Program-made: the position numbers and the translations under genes
NCBI GenBank assembly: GCA_002633005.1
Contig: NMRA01000164.1
Coordinates: forward strand, 685,338-749,337
Reading direction: 5' to 3'
DNA from: Phoronis australis
Lineage: Eukaryota > Animalia > Phoronida
Length of the DNA stretch: 64,000 nucleotides
Notes under the pieces: generated by a model
The model's input: only the letters and a program-made list of their open reading frames with translations
Database searches by the model: none
Told to the model about the DNA's origin: nothing
Shown here: in pieces, positions 55,101-62,479 of the stretch
How the letters are laid out: each line of letters begins with the position of its first letter
Position numbering within the stretch: the first letter of the stretch is position 1

Positions 55101-58100
55101 AGATCTGAGTGTAAAAACTGACCCTGATAATTTACCGTAATCAGAAATAATTATCAAACAAGAATGTAATCGAGCAAATTACGTCACATACTGTTGCAAC
55201 TGTAAAGCAAATTTACGGTTTTCACATCGCTGAACGACAACGTGGTCCCTTTCCCCATATAATCTTCATTTCTGGAATTGTAAGCAAATATGGTCTGTAA
55301 CCTTTTGGACCCTTCTTTTTTGCCGAATGCCTGTAGATCAAAGAAAAATGTGACTGTGTTAGTGTGTGTGTGTGTTTGTGTGTGGTGTGTGAAGGAAATT
55401 TAAAGGCTCAATTTGTGTGATTTTTAAGTTAAATATGTAAAGACAAACTCTTCCATACTAACGCCGCAACACAAAATAAATTGTTGTGCAAGTGGACGCC
55501 ATTTCCAAAGTCTGTGTGCTGCAGTTGGCTGGCCGCGCAGTGGAGGATTTAGGGAGGGGGGTGCCAAGGTGGCCATAGCCCCCTACAAAATTCTCCTATA
55601 TTCCATAAATAGATAGTCGCGCATTGCGTTTTAACGGTTAATTTTGCATCCAAATCGAAGAGAGCCAAAATGGATTTAAAGGGGAAGAGGGCCATGTCAT
55701 AAAGAAGCAATCGCACATTTTGCTTTAATCTAAAAATAACCTCAGATTTGCAGTAAATAGGGCACACGTGCACCGGAGAGACTCAAAGTGACCGGTTAGT
55801 TATTGTAATGAGTCATTCTTAAGCAATGGCGAAGAGGCAACTGCAGTCAGAAAACTGGTTTTCCAATAAAAGGAAAACAAGTGCTGTTAAATCACTCGAA
55901 AATTGCTTGTTCAAAATTCTTTCACCATAACCTTTTTTCGTTCAGTGTAGTCCTGTATATCTTCGCATGCGCAGTTAAACATTTTGCACGTGCAGACGTT
56001 ATTTCGCAGCATTTGCATTAATGCAAAGTAAGAAGATTACGATTAAGTTTATTACTGTTTTCCATCTTCAGCGACAGCACGATCGTTATATCGCGCCTTG
56101 TTTAGCAGCGTTTGTTGGATCAAATGCGTGGCGGCGCAACACAGGACGCAGCAGCTGGCGGAGTTCCTATTCAAACAAGACACTCTCAACGCACTGGGCA
56201 GAAAGACAGCTGCAAATCAAGACTGTTGAGCAACTTTTTAGTAACTTAGAAAGTTGAAAATTTGACTTTGGATTTAGAGTCCAGCTGATTCTGAAGGGCA
56301 GTGGGATTTTGTCGCGTTCGAACGCAAAGAGCAACCAAGCGTTAGAAGTATTGTCGAAGGCTGCTTATATTCTGGAAATCAAGGAAAACAAGGGATTGTT
56401 CTAAAACCGACTAGACTCCACACCCCACGACCCCCCCCCNTCGACCCACGCCGGGCCACAATCCCCTCGACCCAGACTACGCAAGCTTGCCTCGATCTGA
56501 ATATGGAACAAGTGCTGACTTGCAGAACCAACGAGTCTGGCTTTTCCCTGTTTTATTGCAATTAATAGAGTCGATTTGGCAAGTTTGAAAGCCAAAAACA
56601 AAAAAGATAACGAGACCAAATCAAAGACCTAGTACCAACGTTACATATCGTCTCGTTCCGGGCACAGTGTAATCGTCTCATCTGCTCTTCAGTGAATGAT
56701 AGATTCAACCCATTTTCGGAGGAGTGCGAGAATGCCAAGAATACGTAACTTCTTCAGTAAACACAGTTTGAAAAAAAATTACTACAAAGAGCGTCTCAAA
56801 GTTACAAGTAGTATATTGTAAACGAATGTACGACAGAAAGCAAATAATAAAAAGTAAAATTATATGTGCATTCACGTTAACGTACTCTTTCCCTAAGTTA
56901 AGTAGAACAGGGCCATTGGTAGCAGACCGTGGAACTATTTCTGTGACAACGATAGCACACGCACAATCCGCTACTTCAAATCATGTTCTTACGCCACTAT
57001 CTGTTTTAATTACCAACGATAAGCCTGAGCAGATTTCTGTGTAGGTAAGTCTTATGGGAAAGTCACTCAGCGACGTAATGTTTGGTATGAAATGTGTAAA
57101 AAGCGCAAATACATCAATTGCAGCAGGTCGTGGGTCGAGAGGGTCGTGGGGGTTGTGGGTCGAGGAGGTAATGGGTCGAGGGGGTCGTGCGTGGGTCGAG
57201 GGGGTAGTGGGAATAGAGGGGGTTTTAGAACAATCCGAAAATATGAATCAAAACTTTTTCTAGACTGGAGGGGGAAATCCACCCCTTTTGACACTTCGAG
57301 GTAGCAAATGTCTGACTTATAAAATTTAATCCTGGCTAATACTCTGCCCAGGCCCATAAAATTTAATTCCTGGCTAATACTCTGCCCTGCCCCTCCATCT
57401 AACTCATAATCCTGGATCCGTTCCTGTGGTGGACAAGAGTGTGGGCGTTTGTGTAACCGAGCTCATGAGACGCCTATTGTTTAGTGGCCTTAGGTGGCTG
57501 GGATTTTGGTAAATCGCAAAATACCGCATTTGACACTTAATTTCGCGATTTTGACTGCTTGTGTACCGTATGATCTCCAGATTAATGTCCAGGTCCACCG
57601 TCATTATCAACTATAAATATTCGTTATTTTTCGTTATAGTTGTCAGAAGTAGTTGTTACAAAGTTAGTTTCGTCGACGCTCTGAACGTTAGCTGGAGTGC
57701 AAAATATTTAGTTTTCCGCTAATTGTTATCGTTATGCTAGCAAAAACCACTGTGTAGCATTCACAAGTTAGCACAGTTTGAATACGGCCACGTTAAATTG
57801 TTTTTAAAAAGTTACGTACAGTTTTTCCATAGTGCATTATGCTTCGGAAGTCGTATGGAACGTCTGTGTCTACATCGCTATGCGAAAATTTTTTCAACTG
57901 GGTTTCGAAACCTGTCCTGATGTTTTCCTTTTTCACACGCACGTAGTCGTCTCTATCTGGGCGTTGGTGTTCATGGTATAATCCAATGGCGTGACCAAGC
58001 TCGTGAAGGAAAATCCCATACTAAAAGTGGCAATGATTAGAAAATAGCCTGTATAAATATTTGCATCATATTCCCCACATATATTTTTATTTACAACATT

Positions 58101-61100
58101 TAACATGTCGATTCATAGCAAAGGCGTCCAATAAAAGTTAAAAGAAATCGATGTAGCGCATATGTGAGAAAAAGAGGCGTGGAGCCGAAGCACAATGGGG
58201 GACCAGCCACTGAAATTGAGTGTTGCGCTGTGAGTCTTTCAGAAATAGTTCTATATATGATTCAAGTTCACTTCTTATCAATTTTATAGTGACATTATCG
58301 TTGAGTTTGTCCTCTGTTTTGAATATTCACATATTTAACTCCCGCGTCGAAGAGATCCTGCGGGTGTATTTACTTGTTTTTTCTGGTGATGGTTGCAGTC
58401 AAATTGATTACCATGTTGTGACTTCTGAACTGTTTGGTGGCGTTTAAGATTTTAGCGTTGATTTGCTCGATAAATCCTATCGTTTGCCAATTTGCACGCG
58501 AGAGTGCACGCCTGAAGATAGGAGATTGTTTAGTGACTACGAGAGAGTAGGTACCAAGCTGTCAAACAAAAAGTACAGTCATGTACGTTCAACCAAGTTT
58601 TATGAAAAAAGAAAAAAAAGTTTGTGTGAATGAAGGGTTGCTACAGAACTATACTGTTATTATGTAAATACCTACCTAAACTTAATATACAAGAACATGT
58701 GATTAAAACCCTTCAGTCAATGTGTAGCAAATTGCGTACTTGCATAAAAACGCAGCGAAGGTCTCGGCAACTATTTCCATTGTAAAACAGAAACACGGCA
58801 GAGGTGTAAGAATAAGTCCATTATTTTTTTCGATGTACGTGAATGAGTTTTTGCACCTTGTTAAAACCGCTAGTGTACGAAGGATATTTGGGACAGGTGA
58901 CATGTCCTTATAGCTATTGCAGGTCGAGGGGTATGACGGTAAACCTTAAAAAACAAAAATGGAAGCGTTCTGATAGCGACACATGGTGAAATCGGATAAA
59001 AATGTTAAAGGTGAGGTTGACGACAAAATCAAGGACATCAACAACCGTGATTCCGATGCTTATTGCACCAACGTATTACATAGCCAGTGAGTAGATCTAT
59101 TTACATGAAACCAAATTTGAAAAGGTTCCCGTTAAAGGATCACGTACCTAGAGCTCCGCTAACATAATTCGAAAAATGGCCGTCACAGCACCATCTTGCG
59201 CCCGATTTCGCCTAAGAACAGAAGTCCTCGAGCTATTGACTAAATAAATGTTGTAAATACATTCCATGTCGACCAAACGAAAAATGCAAATCATACACGA
59301 AAAGCAACGGATTTTGTTACTTTACGGTTTTCAGCAAAGGTAATAATAACAAACAAGAAATTCCTTTCCAAGTGCTGCTAAATGACCAAGCACGACCTAT
59401 GCTTTCAGCGACGGCAACTGTGGGAAAAGACCACACACTAAGGACCATGATGTCCAATAATGACATTTTAAGAGATATGAGTTTTTAGTTGATTCCTGCC
59501 TTTAAGTTGGAAGATTGACGCCAATGTGCGCAGGTGACAAAACGAGGGTTAGTTCAAATCATCAAAACAGGGCGGGGTTTAGTATCCTTTTAAATACAGT
59601 TTTCAAATGCTCTGCCTTAATTATATATACACATACATGTGTGTGTGTGTGTGTGTGCGTGTGCGTGTGCGTTGGTGCATGTATGTGTGTTTGTTTGTGA
59701 GTGTGAGCGCGCACTCGCGTATGCACTCAAAGAAGTCTATCTGTTCTTAAAGTTTTTGAATTTCTGTTTATGTCGAAGCATTTTTTTCTTCAATTTCAAA
59801 TTTTGAAGACATTTATCTTTCACTGGTGTGTTTTTACGTGGTCTTGAGTAGTTTCGCTTTTCTCGCAAGAAATTTGGTATACAAACGCTGCCCAGGTTAG
59901 CGCCACCACAATGAGGGAAGGTCTATTAAAGCTGGACTCGACCTGTTTAGCTACTTAAAGGAGAATGTCACCAAAATAACGTTTTTTGTATCAATTTAGA
60001 TAGAGTAATTCCACTGCATAACAACAAGTTCAGTTCTTTTGTCTGACACCAGACGGCAGACGGAGGTGCTGAAGTTAACCAATGACGTCATACATGTAGG
60101 TTCTAACACAGTCTGTACAGCACTGTACGAGTTGTGTCAGCTTATCGCTTGAATTCATCTCTTAAAACCAATAAATAGGCAAAATTCGATGCAAAACCCA
60201 TATATATAAACATTAAGTTTTTAACAAACGAGTTTGTTTTATTGCGCTGTTACGGATTCATAGAAATTTTGAACGTACCGTCGCCTACAAAGTTCGGTAG
60301 GCCAACTTTCGAGATCGCTTGCGGGAAATTTGGATCTGTTCAGTGATAAATTATAATTATTTTTCAGTGAGATACAGACAGGAAAGCATAGTCGTGTGTT
60401 GAAATTTTAGACTTACGAATGTTTTTCAGTTCTAAACACACAATACGCTAGTTATAAGAATGTAATTCGGAACCCAATTGGGCCCGTCGCTGGCCGGCCA
60501 GACTGGAGACACCACGAACATCAGCCAGCCGGGGTAGTCGACTTCCAAAGTTGAAAATTAAACTTCCAGTCACGAAAAAACCAGAGAACCAAAGAACTAA
60601 TGTGCTCATGAATATTTTGGTAAAAACGCCGCAAAATTATAAATGTGCTTACCCGCTAGAGGCCGCGAAGCCAGGTTCCCTCTCCACAGAACCGTACAGA
60701 GCAAAAGGTGTACAATAACAATGGTTCGAATAATGTACATATATCTAAATAAAGACTCCCTTAACGTCTGACCATAGCATATAAAATCAAGTTATTGTTT
60801 CACAGCCCCTTTCTGTCAAAAACACTGAATTAGCGCTCACACGGCCTCCAGGATGACCTCCCAATTAGCTTAATGGCAAATCAAGCCGGTAACGCGGTAT
60901 GATTTATTCATTGTTGGTTTCTCAAAACATCTGCACTCACAAACACTCCAAAGGCATTTAAAAATTGTATAAAATGAGACAATCTTTCAAGGCACTTTGT
61001 TTCAGTTTTATTAAACATTGGTTAAGGTGAGAATAACTCAATTTGAAACAAAAAATGCCGGTCACAAATACGGAGATATTTCACGGCATCATACTAATTG

Positions 61101-61832
61101 CCATTAACGACGTTATTTTGTTCTTTACTGCAACAAAATACTTCCGAAGCATTTCCGGTTCTCGAGGATATCGGAAAAAGCATTGAGTACTCACCTTCCT
61201 CACATGTTAACGCGACACCTCTCGGCGAGGTGAGATCGACCGTATACGAGGTGATGTGGATATAGACCGAATAAGACGGTAAAAAACGAATAGGTCGGGT
61301 GGCATTCTCCTTTAAAACTATCAATCAAATTAGGTATGTTACTGCCATCAAAGGATTTTGTAATATTTCTTATCCGCCGTTATAGGATTCCGTTTCCGTT
61401 ATTAATTCGAGCCACAGGAAATGTGTACCTGCGCCATTTTCGATTTTTTCAAGTTTCTGGGACGTTTTCTTGAGACGCTCATGGTTTCAATGATCTTGTT
61501 GGTAATGGAAATAGAACCCTATCACGATAAGAAATTTATGAGATTAAGGTGTCTAATTCAATGTTCGTTTCTTAGTCATGCACGCTATGTCTAATTGCAT
61601 TGAAAAATAGAGAACACAGCACTTACGACTAGACATTCGGGATTCTTTAAGTTGATGTACTGCGGCTTCCTTTTGATCATTCCTAGAGCCGAGCTGCAAC
61701 CCCGTCTACTGCCGCGTATGTTTACGTAATATTCGTCGACATCTTTGTCATAATGTTTGAACTTGAAGCAGGTGAAATGTTCCCATTCACTCATGGCCAT
61801 CCGCAATACTTTAGCATCAGTCAGCCCATGAA
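17486..61832 (-). CDS. Multi-exon gene (5'-partial): astacin/M12A metalloprotease + EGF-like + ~16 ShKT domains; overall span, exons listed separately
   Basis: 19 exons join in frame through GT-AG junctions with matching phases; astacin zinc motif and Met-turn intact; TGA stop at 17486-17488; no signal or pro-peptide exon found in the window. Confidence 0.92.
18333..18870. mobile_element. MITE with 18-bp TIR and 10-bp TSD
   Basis: ttcgctggttccctgcgt ... acgcagggaaccagcgag; TSD aatcgaaaac at 18323-18332 and 18871-18880. Confidence 0.85.
18938..18984 (-). other. 47-nt exon-like cassette with an in-frame stop (DKEELSLSPW*); not counted among the 19 exons
   Basis: Strong acceptor ttttgtgtag and donor gtaagt; length is not a multiple of 3. 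Confidence 0.45.
19687..19755. repeat. Perfect 32-bp tandem duplication
   Basis: ttttgaggctacgcagtaccatggatagagca x2. Confidence 0.95.
19999..20109 (-). CDS. ShKT domain 15 exon (CCDRDTQECEQLGDVGCQNSYTVRRKCPRTCKVC)
   Basis: gttttag / gtaagt; 111 nt; CPxTCxxC ending. Confidence 0.9.
22283..22438. mobile_element. ~156-bp MITE, family B copy 1
   Basis: TIR cgttcagtaacgctaggacct / aggtcttagcgttactgaacg; closely similar to 62120-62276. Confidence 0.85.
23775..23819 (-). CDS. 45-nt linker exon (GQVVKVTERPIIYTD)
   Basis: cttctgtag / gtaagt, phase 1-1, in frame. Confidence 0.7.
25722..25830. repeat. Degenerate ~21-bp minisatellite
   Basis: ggttcgtatgcatgattcat-like units. Confidence 0.6.
25967..26101 (-). 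CDS. ShKT domain 14 exon (CFDAAPDCKRRVAEGQCYSRRQTLAKYMMKHCAKSCRAC)
   Basis: aatgtag / gtattt; 135 nt; Cys1 codon split T|GT. Confidence 0.9.
26559..26805 (+). mobile_element. ~240-bp MITE, family A copy 1
   Basis: TIR catgcgcgcaccca / tgggtgcgcgcacg; 5-bp TSD tgtat. Confidence 0.85.
28883..28916. other. Assembly gap (34 N)
   Basis: Run of n. Confidence 0.99.
29315..29556 (+). mobile_element. MITE family A copy 2
   Basis: Same TIRs and internal sequence as 26559-26805. Confidence 0.85.
29699..29863 (-). CDS. ShKT-variant domain 13 exon (PHPSKCVNRRQPTRNDVVKDPDKLC...CYKSCYCET)
   Basis: tttcag / gtaagt; 165 nt. Confidence 0.9.
30964..31140 (-). CDS. ShKT-variant domain 12 exon (SKCVNRLRPDAQATYQDPDRQCAVYASQGLC...CYKTCYCDR)
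   Basis: ttttttcag / gtaagt; 177 nt; this reading frame is not in the ORF track. Confidence 0.9.
31190..31460 (+). mobile_element. Possible Penelope-like 3' remnant
   Basis: Frameshifted LLRQKKLTYAR/EIKE...KLRP..GGY resembles a GIY-YIG C-terminus, followed by a decayed ...gttgaaacgttg motif; weak. Confidence 0.3.
32406..32579 (+). repeat. Direct repeat, copy 1 (pairs with 34874-35027)
   Basis: tcttgtaaat..ctaaagtaa.aaggtggcatt.aacatgaagtaacatactt...aaacattctaaaacgc is shared. Confidence 0.85.
32850..33300 (-). mobile_element. LTR-retrotransposon gag fragment
   Basis: CCHC zinc knuckle CFFCHKAGHLARDC in ORF 33081-33275. Confidence 0.7.
33452..33574 (+). mobile_element. Right-end fragment of the Kolobok-like element
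   Basis: Matches 61190-61311; ends gggtggcgttctcct|ttaa. Confidence 0.8.
33618..33707 (-). mobile_element. Fragment related to the solo-LTR family
   Basis: Reverse complement matches 44075-44178 (ttgggtag..tccagaaa..ttcta.aatgtgcttgaattg.tgaaaagttccagaaca). Confidence 0.7.
34014..34711 (-). pseudogene. Ubiquitin-specific protease (peptidase C19/USP) N-terminal fragment, intronless and frameshifted
   Basis: Cys box FGNLCYANSVLQ; after one frameshift SPQKLICAIQQHFPRYSNGRQEDCHEFLCDLLN (QQDAHEFL box) and ITDQF...VSC...EPFLTITLP; no His box. Confidence 0.8.
34874..35027 (+). repeat. Direct repeat, copy 2
   Basis: See 32406-32579. Confidence 0.85.
37422..37466 (-). CDS. 45-nt Pro/Thr-rich linker exon (VQPTRATESPRIPTQ)
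   Basis: ttcctttag / gtaagt, phase 1-1, in frame. Confidence 0.75.
37940..38090 (+). mobile_element. CR1/L2-like LINE ORF2 C-terminal fragment
   Basis: HSFFITSSIRHWNELSNELVSASSVESFRK matches the SFF...IRxWNxL...S...FK ending. Confidence 0.65.
38341..38517 (-). CDS. ShKT-variant domain 11 exon (PHPSKCVNQLQPDDEDTYKNPDQQC...CFKTCFCDR)
   Basis: Six Cys; tttcag / gtaagt; 177 nt; paralogous to exons at 30964 and 29699. Confidence 0.9.
38718..38995 (-). mobile_element. Partial MITE family C copy
   Basis: Reverse-complement similarity to 51230-51485 (ttccatgcaacgcccc.aatttaaggactaagt). Confidence 0.7.
39030..40690 (-). mobile_element. Decayed L1/Tx1-like LINE (RT and C-terminal region)
   Basis: IKIL*YADDL/TTILSDGSEKS..TLDLLDQFAKFSGLKPNIE..EYIWIGS; later CDVRLRWLQMKIRYIMLTTN; many stops and frameshifts. 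Confidence 0.8.
41222..41371 (-). CDS. ShKT domain 10 exon (CYDLFSWSICQTFKREGECKDPHPFRPLLAETYCKKTCGLC)
   Basis: Not in the ORF track; ctttgtag / gtaagc; 150 nt; Cys1 codon is split across the junction (T|GC). Confidence 0.9.
41433..41690 (-). mobile_element. MITE family A copy 3 (inverted)
   Basis: catgcgcgcacccagcct... with a degenerate other TIR; TSD-like taaat/ttaat. Confidence 0.8.
42046..42303 (-). CDS. ShKT domains 8-9 exon
   Basis: CKDTANDCHLQIREKSC...CRMSCGLC and CVDKNDDCRSYAHQC...CMRTCNRC; ttatag / gtaagt; 258 nt. Confidence 0.93.
43130..43167. repeat. (CT)n/(CA)n microsatellite
   Basis: Direct reading. Confidence 0.9.
43259..43297 (-). CDS. Possible 39-nt linker micro-exon (VFVFLTPPAKKEE)
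   Basis: Good acceptor (ttcactctgtcgcag), weaker donor gtaaag, phase 1-1 and in frame; no domain support; not counted among the 19 exons. Confidence 0.3.
43900..44878. mobile_element. Inverted-repeat-bounded element with an internal ~22-bp minisatellite; hosts the solo LTR
   Basis: tgtgtatcgttggccaaa...ttagagg is inverted at 44806-44878; aaagtaattatttgcggcg units at 44626-44800. Confidence 0.6.
43980..44624 (+). mobile_element. Complete solo LTR (645 bp)
   Basis: TGTCA...TGACA termini, perfect 5-bp TSD cagta (43975-43979, 44625-44629), internal TATA-like tataaa and aataaa. Confidence 0.9.
45393..45536 (-). CDS. ShKT domain 7 exon (CSNEESECVDMAIIGECFKKPYRMAKYCYRSCAQC)
   Basis: ShK Cys pattern; ttccaag / gtaatg; 144 nt. 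Confidence 0.9.
45621..45662. repeat. (GACA)n-like microsatellite
   Basis: Direct reading. Confidence 0.85.
46690..46941 (-). CDS. ShKT domains 5-6 exon (both end Cx3Cx4C)
   Basis: CHTFYEEEDCRERARTGKC...CRQHCHRVLC and CEDTDDSCEQWAKQGECHFRPQFMMSKCKKSCKRYLC; tttcag / gtaagt; 252 nt. Confidence 0.93.
47263..47491 (+). mobile_element. MITE family A copy 4
   Basis: catgcgcgcaccca / tgggtgcgcgcatg; TSD-like tacag/tacaa. Confidence 0.85.
48210..48470 (-). CDS. ShKT domains 3-4 exon
   Basis: CEDLWMNRDECAVWASMGYC...CRKSCDWC and CSNRHRIDQECAAWASVGECSLNAKYMYEKCRHACGKC; acttag / gtaagt; 261 nt. Confidence 0.95.
48550..49080. mobile_element. Possible IR-bounded non-autonomous element
   Basis: agttgtc...gtcctgcat versus atgcaggac.aagacaact. 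Confidence 0.4.
49729..49863 (-). CDS. ShKT domain 2 exon (CKNPLGDEECKYLAFAWYCDANPAYMIVNCPQACGWC)
   Basis: ShK Cys pattern with NPxYM motif; tttcag / gtaagt; 135 nt. Confidence 0.93.
50123..50275 (-). CDS. ShKT domain 1 exon (CRNKHPHDDECEQWAKERMCSLNPLFTIPKCMKSCNKC)
   Basis: Six-Cys ShK pattern ending Cx3Cx2C; tctcag / gtaagt; 153 nt. Confidence 0.93.
51064..51485 (+). mobile_element. MITE family C (Harbinger-like ends)
   Basis: TIR cccggttgcatga / tcatgcaaccggg. Confidence 0.75.
51535..54570. mobile_element. ~3-kb foldback-type element with long, internally repetitive inverted arms
   Basis: 51535-51900 is inverted at 54230-54570 (gtccgggagcc...gataaagtttttt..ttgctgttt...tagcctag); 160-bp tandem units at 53545/53705/53865; ~21-bp units at 51990-52120. 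Confidence 0.8.
54791..54913 (-). CDS. EGF-like exon (SHCKNVPHCKDGGFVDKTCQCLCPDGSRNCQIGGSVNDPNK)
   Basis: CxxGG...CxCxCPDG..C module that typically follows astacin domains; 123 nt, phase 1-1; acceptor reads GAG. Confidence 0.85.
55192..55330 (-). CDS. Astacin C-terminal exon (AFGKKEGSKRLQTIFAY...MGKGTTLSFSDVKTVNLLYSCN)
   Basis: Typical AF...TI...MG...LSxxDxxxxNxLYxC ending; acceptor tctacag, donor gtatgt (phase 1). Confidence 0.93.
56393..57236. mobile_element. Mutator-like non-autonomous element
   Basis: Perfect 15-bp TIR ggattgttctaaaac / gttttagaacaatcc, subterminal ctcgaccc/gggtcgag repeats, imperfect 9-bp TSD gaaaacaag/gaaaatatg. Confidence 0.75.
57318..57392. repeat. ~38-bp tandem duplication
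   Basis: ataaaatttaat(t)cctggctaatactctgccc x2. Confidence 0.85.
57820..58020 (-). CDS. Astacin catalytic exon (YGIFLHELGHAIGLYHEHQRPDRDDYVRV...PYDFRSIMHYGKT)
   Basis: Zinc signature HExxHxxGxxHExxRxDRD and Met-turn SxMHY; acceptor cttttag, donor gtacgt; absent from the ORF track. Confidence 0.97.
59638..59706. repeat. (GT)n microsatellite
   Basis: Direct reading. Confidence 0.9.
59959..61311 (+). mobile_element. Complete Kolobok-like non-autonomous element (1353 bp)
   Basis: ttaa|aggagaatgtcacc ... ggtggcattctcct|ttaa; TTAA TSD; related ends at 1-317 and 33452-33574. Confidence 0.8.
61627..61832 (-). CDS. Astacin domain exon A (HGLTDAKVLRMAMSEWEHFTCFKF...GCSSALGMIKRKPQYINLKNPECLV)
   Basis: Astacin N-lobe motifs (W-E-x-x-T-C-x-x-F, GCSSxxG, QxIxL); acceptor ttttatag, donor gtaagt (phase 0). 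Confidence 0.93.
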
Positions 61833-62119
61833 CTATAAAATTTTGTTGTAATACAATGTAGCCATCCATACACATTACTCTATAGGGGGTCTCAATAAGG
61901 TATATTTGTGGAGACAGCGGTTGTACCTCTGGACAATCTCTATACAGAACAACTCTGACCAAATTCCAAGAAAAAATTGCAGGCAATCCGATGCATCAGA
62001 CGTCCGCAGATCACATAGGTCTGGCCCATCACAGAAACCTGAAACTCACGAGACCCCTCTTGTGTAAGTATAGTCATTAGGCTCTTGAGAGAGTGTGCAC
62101 ACGTCCGTAATCATTCAAC

Positions 62120-62276
62120 CTGCCGTGCGTTCAGTAGACGCTAGGACCTACGCTAGGACCTAGCTAAAACCTAGTTAACGTCACGTGTTCTCACTATAAA
62201 TACACGGCAACATCTCACGTATTCTCGCGAAGTCTTGCTTTTTAGCGAGGTCCTAGCGTTACTGAATGGGAGGCCG
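62120..62276. mobile_element. MITE family B copy 2 (hAT-like 8-bp TSD)
   Basis: Matches 22283-22438; flanks cattcaac / cattcatc. Confidence 0.85.
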
Positions 62277-62479
62277 CATTCATCTCCTACTAGTACTTGG
62301 CATTTGAACCTAGTTACTAATCCACGGATAGCCTCCACAACCACCACTGCCTTAGCTTGTCGGATCCTTTCACTTAGCCTTCTGCCCAGAAAGATCAGTG
62401 ACTTTCCAGAGCGTGTCTGGTCATTTAACTTTCACTTCTGTCCACGGCAGTAGGGTGCGGTGATTTCCCAGAGCAAATT

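Noticed and set aside
57404-57610. Minus-strand ORF between astacin exons
   Set aside because: The astacin domain is already complete without it; no homology and it ends in a stop.
62280-62470. Candidate for the missing astacin pro-peptide/N-terminal exon
   Set aside because: No WP...IPY-like motif and it contains stops; the 5' exons probably lie beyond the window.
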